Source of the DNA: Camelus dromedarius | Lineage: Eukaryota | Length of the DNA: 64,000 nucleotides | Direction of reading: 5' to 3' | Assembly (NCBI RefSeq): GCF_036321535.1 | Contig: NC_087436.1 | Location: 93,002,001 to 93,066,000, forward strand | Shown here: in pieces, positions 12,654 through 26,374 of the stretch | Layout of the letters: every line of letters begins with the position of its first letter | Numbering within the stretch: position 1 is the first letter of the stretch | Made by a program: the position numbers and the translations under genes | Notes under the pieces: generated by a model | What the model saw: the letters and a program-made list of their open reading frames with translations, nothing else | Databases searched by the model: none | Told to the model about the DNA's origin: nothing

Positions 12654-14069
12654 GACCTGCAATGTGGTCTCTAAATACCAATTCCCACTAATAAGGACCA
12701 GGGATTCTTGAAGAAATAGTTGATACCAGGTCTGGGCAAAAAGTGTAAAAGATGAGCCTGGGACATCTTGTCGTACCAGCTACAAGGAAGCTCTCAAAGA
12801 CAATTAGGGTCCTGTCAAAAGAACGGAGAAGCCAAACTGAAGAGGCATCCATTGGTCAAGGTTTGAATAATTTGAGCGTAAATAAGAATAAATACTGCAA
12901 TAAAAAGAAAATATATAAAGTATATTTAGACCCATGAGTCCATAATGCTGCAAAACAAAACAAAAAAATGTTTTTTAAAAAACCCATAAAACAAAACAAA
13001 ACACACAAAAAACCCCACTGATGGTCTTTGAAGGACACCAGGGAACAAACTTGCTATTCTGAAAACTGGTGAATAAAGGGAAAGAATTCAGCATTTTCCT
13101 TAACTTGCGGTACCTTACCATACCTAATGTGCTCAATAATTGGTAAAGGAAGGCTTTTTTTCTCTTTATAGAAATATTCTAGCTAACAAATTAATAAAAA
13201 ATAATATAATTAGGTTATTACCATTTGCACCCCCTAAATGAATAAACTCATGTAATCTAGGAAATGCTAATCAATGGCTGCTAAAATCATTTGATAAAAA
13301 GCTCTTGGGGAACTTCATATAAACGGTTCCAGCTGATAATACCCCAACCCCACACATCAAACTTGACATCATAAAAAGAGAGGCAAGGATATGGTGCAAC
13401 AGGAAGTATCCTTGCTAAAAAAGGATTCAAACCTGAATTTGATGAAGCCTCTAAATTCAACTCCCAGTTTCCAGGAAATAATAAAGGTTAGGATTAAACA
13501 TCACCACGGGAGGCTATCAACCAAATCCAGAATGTAGATAATTCTATAGTACATATAAGCCGTGCTCCTCTAAAATAAATTGCAAGGAGAAAGGGAGGGA
13601 GGGACCTGTAGATCAAGAGCAAATATAGAGACATGAAAACCAAATGCAATGTGTGGAATTTTTTTTTATTCTCATTCAAACAAACCAACTTAAAAAAAAA
13701 AAAAAGCTTCTGTGAGACAATTAGGGAAAATGGAAGACTAGATATTTGAAGATATTAAGAAATTTATAGTTAATATTTTTGGTGTGATGGTGGCACTGTG
13801 GTTATGAATTTTTAGGAAAAATGTCCTTATCTTTTAGGTATAAGACTAAAAGATTTAAGGAAGAAATAATACAGTGTCATAGATTTGCCTCACAGCCACC
13901 AAGTCAGGGAGACTGTGGGGGTCAGAATGGTGAGATTGGGGGTGCGGAGGGATGGAGGAACAAGGCTGGCCACGAGTGGGTGAGTGTTGTGTCTGGATGA
14001 GCGGTTTGTGATGCTTTCTTTATATTGTTCTCTCTCCTTCATATGTGGGAAATTTTCATAATACTTTTT
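12654..14069 (+). mobile_element. Old LINE-1 3' UTR (L1MC/MD-like)
   Basis: L1M 3' UTR motifs; exact 13-bp TSD AAATCCAATCTAG at 12641-12653 and 14070-14082. Confidence 0.8.
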
Positions 14070-14679
14070 AAATCCAATCTAGAATTTTGCCTGAAACTGT
14101 TGTTGAGTTCACCAGTCTGCTGTTTTTGGACTCCACACTCCTTCCTTTTCTGAAAAGTTGTGGGTTTGCCAGAAGAGCAGTCTTTTCACTGCTCTTTCAT
14201 CCTTCGTGGTTCCACAGAAACCACCAGCAACCATTTGGTGATGTCACTGGCGCGTTCTCTCTGGCCCCCAGGACAGATCCTGCAGAACTCATTCAAGTGG
14301 GCAGGACCCTCCACAACCACTCTAACCTCAAGGGGCTCTGGTCCCTGTCACTAATGTTCACGCTAGTCCTTTCCATTCTCTTAGACAGAAAAGACAGAAT
14401 TAAAATTTGAGTTTTATTCAGCTTTCTTTATCATTTCTCAACATGAAAAAAAAAAAAAAAAAAGAAAAAACAGTCCCAAGTAGTGAATGTATCCTTTTTT
14501 ATCATCTAGTTCTAAAGAAAAGAAAAAGGCCCTTTGCCATCATTGGATTTTAATTTTTAAAATAAAAGCTGGACTTTGACTCTATTTTTATAGGTTTCTG
14601 TTATCCCTAAAATTTACTTATCCCTGCTTTCCTCTTTTGCATCAAAAATAGCACAGTAAGAAGAGGGTGGGCAAAACTT

Positions 14680-14793
14680 TTTTACTGGTACTGCACAATG
14701 CTGGCGAGTATCTGAAAATAGATACTATCATATTCTGCTCTGCAAGTATAAACCAGTACCTTCCTGGAATGCAATTTTGCAACATGTCTCCAA

Positions 14794-14832
<39 letters not shown>

Positions 14833-15430
14833 TATATAGTCATTGATCAAGGAATTCCACTTTTAGGGTTTAACTCGAAGCAAGCCGTGTGGATATGCAT
14901 GGAGATTTAGTGAACAGGGTGTCCAGAGCAGTGCTTTTAATACAGTTTAATGATTAGCAGCAACTGCATGTCCAACAGAACAGAGCTGACTGAATAAACT
15001 ATGACTTACACAATGTAATACCACACAGCCATAAAATACGTTAGAAGAATATTTCATGAAATTGGAAGATGTTCATGATACATAATTTAGGGATGCAAGG
15101 AGGTTACAAAGCAGTCTGTAGAGAATGCGTTCCATTTTTTTCTTATTAATTTTTTTGTTTTTATTTGGGGGAGTAATTAGGTTTGTTTGTTTGTTTATTC
15201 TATGCAGGTGCTGGGAATTGAACCCAGGACCTCATGCGTGGTAAGTTTGTGCTCTACTACTGAGCTATAGCTTTATCCCAGAGAATGCTTCATATTTTTT
15301 AAAAAATTTGTTTACACGTGGAAGAAAAAGACAAAAAAGTTATATTAAAAGGTTAATTTATCTCTTTTTAAGGAATACATGCCATAACATTTTCTATAAA
15401 TCTTAAGTACTTTGAAATAAGAAAAAAAGT
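14680..15430 (+). mobile_element. Degenerate L1ME-like fragment, interrupted by poly-T (14796-14827) and a SINE
   Basis: GGAATTCCACTTTTAGGG and GCAACTGCATGTCCAACA-like L1 ORF2-end motifs. Confidence 0.55.
15135..15279 (-). mobile_element. tRNA-derived SINE (Vic-1-like), second copy
   Basis: GGGAATTGAACCCAGG..CTCTACTACTGAGCTATA; TSD AGAGAATGC at 15120 and 15280. Confidence 0.85.
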
Positions 15431-17949
15431 AATGAACACTGAAAATAGGAAAAGGGCCCCCAGGGCCAGCTCTGGCCACTTTGCGGGGTTTGCTCTGCTG
15501 GGTGCAGTCTGCGCTCCTGCCCATCTCCCAAGGGGCAGTCACTGGCCTCCCTAGGAGGGTTTTTGCCATCGCCTTTTGGTGCACAGAAGCAAGGGGCAGA
15601 ATCAGTGACTCCCTCAGATACCAGGGAGTTTCAGCAGATGGTGGGAAGACTGATGCCCAATGGCCACCCCAGGAACGTGGGCCTGGCCAAGGTGAGCCCA
15701 CGAAGCCGAAGCCGAATCTGGCCTCAGCTCAGTCTCTGGAAGGGCACTCTCTGGCCCCGCCTTGGGGCTGTTTGGTGCTTTGAGGCTCACCTCTCAGCGG
15801 TTAACACTGTTCATTGAAGAGGTTTCCCTGGGGTTTGGGTTAAAGCTGTTGGCCTCTGCTCTGTAGTCTCTTGTGTGACTCACTGTGCTGTTTTGTCCAT
15901 TATTATGTGCCACTTCCCTCCTAGCAGCCTCCCTGCCTCTTCTCTAAAACCTCTCTTCCTCCTCCTTTCCCTCAAGCCCAATCGCAAATGGTGAAGGTTT
16001 ATGAATAAACAGGAGAGCTAGCAGTGAGTTTGTGATTAGAACCCTCAGCTCATAATTCCCTGGGCTGCAGTGTAACTTGCCCCAGTAAACAAATGAGAAG
16101 GAAAGAGAGAGCAAAGAAATGCTGTGTGTTTAAAAAGAAAATTAATATTCTCCATTATATCTAACTGGGGAAATACTACAAACATGCATCACTGTAACCA
16201 TTTTATTGTCTTCTGGCTCCTGAGGTCTAGGACACGTGGTGCCTGTCCCTGAGTACCGGATTACATTTGCCTCTAAATTCTGAATCAGCTGAAATTCACA
16301 TTAAAATGCATGATGCTGCAGCATATTACTGGCAAACCCGCAAACTTCCTAAATAAAACAAAAACAATATAAACAAACAAACAAACAAATGAAAACAACA
16401 GGATCTTTTGAAAACCCAGAAAGGAAAATCTTTTTTAGAAGTTTTAGAATTCTCAAGCATTTTTCTATGTAGTTCAAGGCTGAGCAGTGGATGACTCCTG
16501 TGCTCCTCAAACATTTCCCATTTGGCTCCCTGGGCTGACTCGAGTTGTTAAAGAATTAATTTTGTGTATGGCAGAGGCAACAGAGAACCCTTGACTACCA
16601 GGAACTAGGCAGGCTTTCCTTGTAGGTGGAGGATACGGATGACTACCAGGTGTGACAGGAGCGACGTAGGAAGACGCCACCTCAAACACTACCCTCACTT
16701 CTGAATGCCCGTTACTCCACCATCAGTGCTTCTCCGTGATACCTGGCTCTTGGCATCTTCATTTGAAAACACACTCAGGAGGGAAATGCACACAAAATCC
16801 TGAGCCCTTAAAGTAAAGGGTGGAGCAGCAGAGGACAATCCCTCTCCTCTCTCCTGGTCTCCACGTTTCCCCAACCTCCTTTGATCTCCCTCTAAACACA
16901 CTGCCCCTTATGTTCTTTCATAGAAATATATGAGGAGGAGGTTTTCAGGCCAAAAAAATAAGTTAACAGAATGTTAGGACTTAAAAGAACCACACAAACT
17001 CTTATCCCAATCCTTGAGGTAACTAAGGTCTTTCCCCAGCTTGAGCAGTGACATCCCAGGATGGACTGTGCAAAATCAGTGCCCACACTTTGCCCCACGC
17101 TGCCCCATGGGGGTCTCTGACTTGGGTCCATTGACTTCATCTCCACTCAGAAGCTTGCAGACCTTGGGTTTGCTCCATCTCCAAAGTCAGCTTTCCAGAC
17201 ACCATCTGAACCACTTCTACACTGAAGTTCTAGGACACAGCAGGTATGTGATAAATATGGGTTGAATGAGTGTATGAATGAAGGGTTGATGATATCATGT
17301 GCTACCAGACCCAGAGAAGTAAGTGTGTTTCCGAGGATCTCTGGGCCCACATTACAGAAGTGAAGATCTTGCCAGCATATATAGGAGAGTTTTTGTTCTG
17401 AAGTATCCTCTTGGACCCTCTGAAATCCCAGCACTGGGCAGAATACTGTACTCCGACTGCCCCGGGACTCTACTTCTGTAACCTCCCTGGAATTCCTTTA
17501 ATTCTCTTTGTCCTACATTGCTTTTCCCTTGGCTTATGTATCCATCATTTCTTGCCTACAGTAGGGCCACAGCCCCCTAATTTATCTCTCGACTTCCCTG
17601 ATCCCTCATTCCTTCCCTCCCAAATCACATTCCACTGTGTCCCGAGTCCTGTGGGACCTGCTTCCTGTCTAGTCTCTCTTCTCTCATCACACCCTTCTTT
17701 GTTTGCCCACCCCCACGCCTCCTGTTCTAACAGAAAACTAAACCAAACTATTTGTAGATTTCCCAAACACTCCATGTTCTCTCTGGCTTTAGAGTCCAAC
17801 TTTCACTGATTCCTCACCTACAATCTCCTCCTTTCCCACATCACCACCATTTTCTTTGCTCACTCCTACTCACCCTTTAGTGCCCAGCATAGAGGATGTC
17901 ACCTCTTCCAGAATCCTTCTATTTCCTGAGAAACTATATGTCCATTATG

Positions 17950-18750
17950 GGTCTACTGAGACCTCTTCTCCATGTCATCCTCACCCTAGAACTCAGGCTG
18001 ACTAAGTAGCCACCATCTGGGGTTCTGTCAGCTGCCATTAAACAGGACAAAAGGGGGAGGATAGAGACTGGAAACCACTCTTAACGAGTCCACCTGGACA
18101 TCACACTTTATACTTCCATTCACCTTTCATTAGCCAAAGTCACATGGCCACATCTAACTTCTAGGGTATAGGGAAGTGAAGTCCTCCTGCATGCCTAGTG
18201 ATGGGGAGAACTGGAAATATTTGTTAAACAGCCTTAAGCAACCTAAACATTCAAGGAAGTTAAGGCCTGGAAAATCCCCAGTGGATATGGTGATCTTAAC
18301 GAGAAATGTTTATTTTGTGCGAGGGTGGTGGAAGCCATTTTGGAAGAGGCCACAGAGTGGTTGAGAAGTAAAGAAATAAAGACGGTGAGAAGAGACAACT
18401 CCTCCAAGACGTTTGGCTGTAAAGGGGAGAAGGGAGGTAAGTGGTGGTGGTGGGGAGTGCAGCCAAGGAAGAACACCGTGTTCACTGATTGGCTATTAGT
18501 AGGAGAGTAGCTTGAGCGTGTTTAGATGACAACAGGATACGTCCAGGTGAGCATGAGGATTTGAGGATCCAGGGAGAAGACCTGGGGAAGGTCCTCGGCC
18601 AGGCACTGTGAGGGGCTGGCTGCAGTGGGAATAGGCATCCCTCCTGCGAGCAGTGGGAACAGCAGAGAAGCAGGATGGGTTTATAGGTCGGGAAGCAGAA
18701 AGTTGATGGAATCTTGTCCAGGGGTTTCTGTTATAACTGTGAAGTTAGTT
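17950..18750. mobile_element. Ancient MaLR LTR fragment (~17950-18245) followed by an L2 fragment
   Basis: CATTAGCCAAAGTCACATGGCCACATCTAACTTC (MLT1-like); GACAACTCCTCCAAGACGTTTGGCTGTAAAGGG (L2-like). Confidence 0.5.
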
Positions 18751-20094
18751 TATATAACGCTATCATAATCTGTTCCACTTGGAGAAATTTCAGAGGTCAT
18801 TACAGAGGGAAAAAAGGATGGCCCTTCATACCACTTGTAGTTTGCTAGCACAGAGGTTGGGAGGGTGTTGAGCATATGGCCTCTCTATGCCACCCCCCTC
18901 CCAACTGAGCCCTATTTCAGGAACCACGTAGGTTCTAACTGCCAAATACAGTCCTCTAAGCCCACTAAAAAGCGGCTCATTCTTAGTAGCTGACAGTAGG
19001 AGTTTTAATATAGCTATGAAATGAAAATCTGTTTCTGCCCAAATAATACTGGGTTGTTATTAACCCAAGAGGCTTTGGCCTTACCTCCTTCCTGTTTTCA
19101 AACTGAAAATGATGTCTCAACCCATACTATGCTTACACAGGTCAAGGCATTGCTCAGCTGAGAAAGATAATCTTACCTGACTCTTTTCTTTGGAGCATAG
19201 AAGATGCTTTTAAGATCTCAGGATATTGCTACCTTAGGATGTTGCCACTCCAGAAGATCCAGATCCTCTCCCCAAGTCCTCTTCTTCACCCTACAAGCTT
19301 GGTCAGGGTGCATGATTATTTTTTTCCTTCCTTTTTCAAATAGTGGGTTTTTTTTTTTTTTTTTGGCTCAGAGAGGCCTCCTTGCCTAATTTAATTTTGT
19401 TTCTCCTTTCTTTGTTACAAGCAGATGTCACTTTTACATCTGTGACTCTGATCAAATACCCCATGTCTCCTCCACCACCAGCCCAGCAGCTGTTACTACT
19501 ATTAGCTAAACTCCAGCAAAAAAGGTAACAGGCAGCTCCTTCTGCTACTCACGGCATGGAGTGGGGGAGGAGAGGAGCAGAGCTGGGCTCTCCCATGATG
19601 ATGTCCTTAAAAGGATGGATCCTGGGGATCTGTACCCCATCACCTATATAAAGGATACACATGGGGTGCCTCCAAAGTTAATTCAAATACAGAAACACCG
19701 TCTGTGAGTTAGCTCTATGAGTAGCAGTAAAGCTCTAACCCAAACTCACACAGCTAACCCAGGGCAAGTACCTTTTTAAAGTGAAAAGACCCTGAATATA
19801 CAATATTTACATACAAGAGTAAAGTACCACCTTAATCATGCGTATGTACTGTGCATAATGTAAGACAAAACACATAGTTAACTTATATACATACATGCCA
19901 TCTGGTGAACTCTTAAAAGATGGAAGTTTTCTGCCTGATTGCTTTATTTTATCCCATTTGTTGTTTTAGAGCATGCTCTCTGATTTGTCCACCCTCTTCC
20001 ACATGCATTATAAATATACAACAGAAAAGACACTGTCCATGCACCATCTAAATTCCGAAGTCAAGTATTTAACAGGCAATTCAAGGAGACTCTA

Positions 20095-20134
20095 CCACCA
20101 CCACCGCCACCACCATCATCATCATCATCATCAC
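20095..20134. repeat. (CAC/CAT)n trinucleotide microsatellite
   Basis: Read directly from the sequence; precedes a MIR fragment. Confidence 0.85.
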
Positions 20135-21369
20135 AACACTGGTCTGGTGGCTAAAATTCACTGGATTCTTTCCAGGTGCCAAGCACTGTGTTAATTACTT
20201 TGCATACACTATTGTCAATTGGTTAATAATTGTCTCACAGTGCCAGGAGTTTAGTTACCAGAAACACAGAAAGTTTCTAATATGAAACCTGTGTATTATG
20301 GCTGCTAGGCAAATGGAAAATGTGGTAAAAATTCTAAAATGCTAGGAGAATGTCTGTATCAGTGGATCTTCATGCTTGGGGATGCTGTGACTGGCTTCCT
20401 TTATGTTCTGGGGAAATAGTGTCTCAATAAATCCCATCTAGGTTATTTTTTTAAGTGCAGGTGAATGCGAAAGACTGCTGCCTGCAGAAATCTTTTTGGA
20501 GAAACTTAAGGACAAATTCGTCTTTCAGTTCTCTAGTTGAGAGAGCTGTTGGTTCTGAGTTGAGCCTTTGGCAGGCAGTGGTCTTGCTGTGCTGGGATAA
20601 TTCGGATGCAGCATCAAATAAAGCAATGAAAAAGAAAATTCCTCTGCAACTCTCACTGGTATTTAATATTTTATTCATTCCCATGTTATTGTGCTTCGCC
20701 TGTGGTAAAACAGCCTCCTAGGAGTGAGGCATTAGGAGGCTGACAAGCATTTTCCCATGAATTGCTACTACAATACAATGGCATTTTGTTTGCTGTTTTG
20801 TTTCCTTGTCTTCTAACATTCTTTCTGACTTTCAAGGGAAAAAAGAAGAAAAAAAAACCCTCCTATGAATGGCAAAGAAAAGGAAAGAAAAGTTTCTTTT
20901 AAACTTTCAACCTTTTTCATTTGGTACAGGGTAGCATGTAAACATCTTTTTTTCTCATGGTATATATGCTGGTAGTCTCTTCCCCTTTTTGTGCTTTAAA
21001 TGGCCTCCCCCCACCCCTTTACCACATAGCATTGCCTCTCCATTATTGATTCAGAAAATCAGCAGGGAAAAAAAATCAGCCGTGTACACATATTAAGAAA
21101 GAAGTCAGAGGAAGATGGATCAAACCATCCATCTATCCATGTGGCCATTTATCTATCAATCCATCTCGCTACCCACCGCCTCTATTAAAATAAATAGTGG
21201 GCCCTGTACACATTGCTGGTTGGCTGAAGTTGTGATCTGGACAAAAGGTCTGTTTGGGAAAAGGATGCTGAAGCTCTAATTCTATTTGTGCCGGTTGAAA
21301 ATCAGGAGGGGTTTTTCTACACTTCACTTTTATTAGATTATTTCTTATAGATGGTTTCTTTTTTCCTCC

Positions 21370-22650
21370 CAGACGCGTGGTGGAGGCTGCTGAAGCAGTT
21401 GGTCTATAGTTGGAATAATTAAATTAACCATTTGGTACAACTTTTAGGGGAGAGCTCGCGTGTAGAAAGCACAACTGGAACAAAATAGGGCGCTGGGGCT
21501 GGGGCTCCGGCCTGGCCCAGCCCCGCACTCCTTTCATCTTCGGAGCAGAAGCAGGACCTCGGGCCACAAAAGACCGGCGGACACGATGTGCCAGGGATGG
21601 TGGGGGGTGGGGTGAAGAGAGGGACAGTGACACCGAACAAAATAAACCTACAAGGCCTACAAAGGGGAAAATGAAGTCAAGCGCATTTGTTCATCGGACC
21701 ATGCGGTCCGGCGCTGAAAGGTCTCCCGGTACAAAGAGAAGGAGGCGCACGGCACCCCGACTCGGCGAGGCCAGGCACCAGGGGGCGCCTGGAGAGAGGC
21801 CGGGGTCCAGCCGGGCACCTGGGAGAGGGATGGCGCCGTGGTCAGAGGAAGCGGGTAGTCGAGGCCGGTGGGAGCCCGAGATCGCAGGGCGGGGAGAGAC
21901 CGGGCCCCGGGCGGGCTGTGGGACCGCGGAGAGCACGAGGCAGTGCCCTACGCTGGCAGCGTATAGGCCGGCCCCTCGCCGGTTCCCTCGGGCGCCCCCT
22001 GCGGCCTCACACTTCCCTAGCCCTCATCTCTCAGCAGAATCCTCCCCTTGCTCCTCGGCTTCTCCCCGGGTCACCTCCCACGCCTCTTCAACACCCAGCT
22101 CCCCTGAGCTGCACACCGTACTCCCCACGCCAAGCTCCACTGGGCACAAGAATTGCCTCCAGGCACCGACTGAATCCCAACGTTCAACACCTTCACCGAG
22201 GAGCCCTCCTCAAAAGCTGCCAAAATAAACCCTGCTCCTCCGCGCTCCCAGCACACTCCAGGTTCGCGGTCCGTCTCCTCCCCGATGGGACCTGGAGACT
22301 GTCTTCAAATTAGGACCCAAAGAGCAATTGCCCCATACTCGGATCTGGTTTAGGGCCGGGCCCGGGCGCGGAGCAGCGACGCGGGGCTAGGATCGAGCTT
22401 CCTGGGCGGAGCGCGCGCGCTCTTTACCCAGCGGAGATACAACCTCGGGTGCACCCAGGCGAGGGCGCCAAGAGGGGTGTGAGCCTGGTTATTGCCAAGC
22501 GTGAGTCTTAAAGTTAGAACGCATCCCCTCCATGTCACACTCTTCTGCAAAGAAAAACGCTTAAACTCCACGTAAGCGGGAGGAGCGGGCTAGCGGCCTG
22601 TGCTCCCGGCATCCACATCCCTCGAATGTGGGTCTGGAGCAACGGGGTCG
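21370..22650. promoter_or_regulatory. CpG island 2.4-3.7 kb upstream of the PHOX2B ATG
   Basis: High GC with dense CpG (e.g. GGGCCGGGCCCGGGCGCGG, GCGCGCGCGC) compared with CpG-poor flanks. Confidence 0.8.
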
Positions 22651-24448
22651 CGTTGGGAGAGCCAGGAAGCACCTCTGAAAAGTCCAAGGGATTCGAGCAA
22701 CTTGGACAATTGCAGCCTTGTGCTTGACAATCTGTCCCCCACCTCCCTTAAGGGTGGGGGTAAGTCAGGGTGGGGAAAGTCTATGTGTAGCATCCAAAGG
22801 GGCACAGCTACCTCCCGGTCCAAATGCAGATTCATATTCATGAGAGCAGGATAAATAAAGACAAATCCCCACTGTAATAACACTTGGATTCTCATCCGTC
22901 TTTGCTGGCCTTTAGGTATAGGGGACTGAAGACAGATGTTTGCATCTCTTTTCTCCTCTTGTCTGGTGACCATAAAGAAAAACCATTTAGAGCGTTGCAA
23001 TTTGTTTCCCGCCGCAGTAAAACCTTGTACACATTTATTTTCATTTCGCCCCCGTGCACAAAAAAGTGCACACTGGTCGCCAAGGGCCCATCTTTATCAA
23101 ATACGCATTGTACAACATACAACTGCAATAAAACTATCAGCCCTCCCCATAAAACTATCACCAGGCTCCTCCGCGAGTCCGGCTGCCTGCACTTTAGTGC
23201 TTCCTCACGTGCAAAGGACGCGCCATCACCTGAAACCAGCCTGAAACACACCCCGCAGAGAAGCACGAGGCTGGGGGGCCGCTGTCCCTGTTTAATCCAT
23301 TACGGCGTCCGCTGCAGTTTAGTGCGCAATAAAACACAGTGGCAGTGGAGAGCGGGCGCCCATCCACTCCCCGGCACTAGCATCGAATTAAACCACTTAG
23401 TTTGGCAAACACTGAATGCCTAAATGCCCCTATAAAGACTTTATGAGTTTGTTACTTTAATTACTGACTTGTTACAGAGCACATAAAGGGGGTAATGAAT
23501 GCAATAAAACTAATTATCTACACATTTAATTCATATAAAATATCCAGGGTTTGTTTACACCACACGGCGATTCGACTAAGCATTCCTTCTCTTGTCCACC
23601 GAGAGGAAGGATTTAATGAAATAGTTTCCCTTATTCTGCTACAGCCTAACGAACCAAATGAAAATTTCCCTCTGCTTAAATCATGGGGCCACCGAGGTCC
23701 ACAAATCATGGCTCATTTCTTTGTCTGTGCCTCGCTGCCAGCACCCAAGAGCCTGGGGAGTTGGACAAGAAAAGTCCCCGACCTGGAGCCTGGGCATTTA
23801 AAGAGCAAGGATTTCGCTCACTGCAGTCAGCAAACCTAAAAGGCAGGCAGACAGCAATCCTCTTTCCGAAGCTTCCGGTCTTTAGGGAACTGTGGGCACC
23901 TGAAAAAAGCGGAGGTGAAAAAAGAGGGAGAGCGCAGGAGAGGGAGGGAAGAGGAGACACAGTTGGGGACATTGCATGCCTGCTTGCCAGTTAAGCAGTG
24001 TAATTAAAACCAACAACCACACAAACCAACAAAATGCAAATCTCGCGCCAATGCAGAAAAAAACGGAACATAGCGCAAAGAAGCCATGGGTTGAGAATCC
24101 AGATGTTTTACATTCAAGAGCTTTACTCGGCTGTTCTTGTATTTTCTAAATGGCTGTGTAAGCGGAGTCTCTAGAAAAGCACATTAAGCCGCGACAAGAA
24201 ATGCAATTTATAAGATGCTTTTTAAAAAATCCCCTCTACCAGGTGTATTTTAAAGAAATCCGCTTATCGTTCTCATAAACCCGCTTGGCCCACTTACTCC
24301 ATGTTACAGGGCGCCTGAGTCTTGCCAATGTCCCAGTCCTTTATAACATTTCATGCACTTCGGGGGGTAGGCTTGTTGTTAAATTGAGCGTGTAACGCTC
24401 TTACAAAACAGGTTTTCTATGACATCAAGGTTTCTTCTCCCTAACCAA

Positions 24449-24500
24449 GAAAGAGAGAGACAGAGAGAGAGAGAGAGAGAGGGAGAAGGAAGAAGGAGGA
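24449..24500. repeat. (GA)n polypurine tract in the PHOX2B proximal promoter
   Basis: GAAAGAGAGAGACAGAGAGAGAGAGAGAGAGAGGGAGAAGGAAGAAGGAGG. Confidence 0.9.
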
Positions 24501-24599
24501 AAATACACACACTATCTCAATTTATGCCTAAGGTATATGATCAGTTAAAAAGGCTTAAAAGCTCGGGGAAATTGGATCAGGGAGAATCGTCACCCAACT

Positions 24600-25360
<761 letters not shown>

Positions 25361-26186
25361 TGAAAATGGAAATGTGTTTAGTATTTACCAAACGAAATTT
25401 GCTTACACAAATGAAAGAATTTATCACGTTAGAAGCGATTGCAGGGAGGGGTAATTCACTTACAGGGTTACACTATCCTAGTCACACCCGAACCGCCAAC
25501 AAAATTATCTTAAGCTGCCAAAATGATAGGCATAATTTATTTACTTTGCGATGAGACGTAAAGCTTAGAAAATAATTAAATAACCAAGAGTAAAGCTCAT
25601 TACTGGCAGTGTCTCCTTTTTAAAGAACCGACAGCGGCTCACACCTCTTTGGCTGGTCATTTTTATGATTATTTCTTTAATTTATTGTGTTTCTTTGTTT
25701 TTGTTTGTTTGTTTGTTTTGTTTTGTTTTATTTTGTTTTGTTTTTTTTTGCAGCGCTTTCCCCCAACTTTCGGGCCGGGTCAACTTTTGAGAATTAAAAA
25801 GTTACAACAGTGGAAGTGTTTAGTAACTTCTTCCCTGGCTTCCTGATATTCCGAATGATGTTTTCGGACTTCTTTCTTCTTTCGTTTTTCCTCATCAAAA
25901 CATTACTGCGTCCCCGGCCCTCGGCCGTCCCCAGTGCGCTATTTCAACCTACCCAAAGGCGCTTGTGTCCAGAGGGACCCCGCCAAAGCCCGAAGTTTGC
26001 GCCCCTGTTTCCGTGTATAACTAATTTGCTCGGGGTTTCTCTCCAGCTCCTCTCGGCCACTCTTCCGGCGCTGGTGTCGGCGGCCGCTCCAGCGCCACCT
26101 GACCTTGGAGTCCCCACATGCCAGCTCCGCGGCCCGCGCGCTCCAGACCATTTTGCTCACACCCTTTCTTCTCTGTTGTCCCCTAG

Positions 26187-26374
26187 TTCCTTACAAACTC
26201 TTCACGGATCACGGCGGCCTCAACGAGAAGCGCAAGCAGCGGCGCATCCGCACCACTTTCACGAGTGCGCAGCTGAAAGAGCTGGAGAGGGTCTTCGCGG
26301 AGACGCACTACCCTGACATCTACACCCGGGAGGAGCTGGCCCTGAAGATCGACCTCACCGAGGCGCGAGTCCAG
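26187..26374 (+). CDS. PHOX2B: PHOX2B coding exon 2 (188 nt), homeodomain helices 1-3
   Basis: Acceptor cccctag|; (V)[62 protein letters not shown]; donor CAG|GTACGC, phase 0. Confidence 0.99.

Noticed and set aside
19973..20194. ORF with a poly-His run
   Set aside because: Produced by a (CAC/CAT)n microsatellite at a MIR tail.
21671..22313. 185-aa and 208-aa ORFs
   Set aside because: Pro/Arg/Gly-rich frames expected in a CpG island; no recognisable domain or splice chain.
22884..23423. 179-aa ORF with overlapping antisense ORFs
   Set aside because: Non-ATG start and no homology I recognise; better explained as regulatory DNA.
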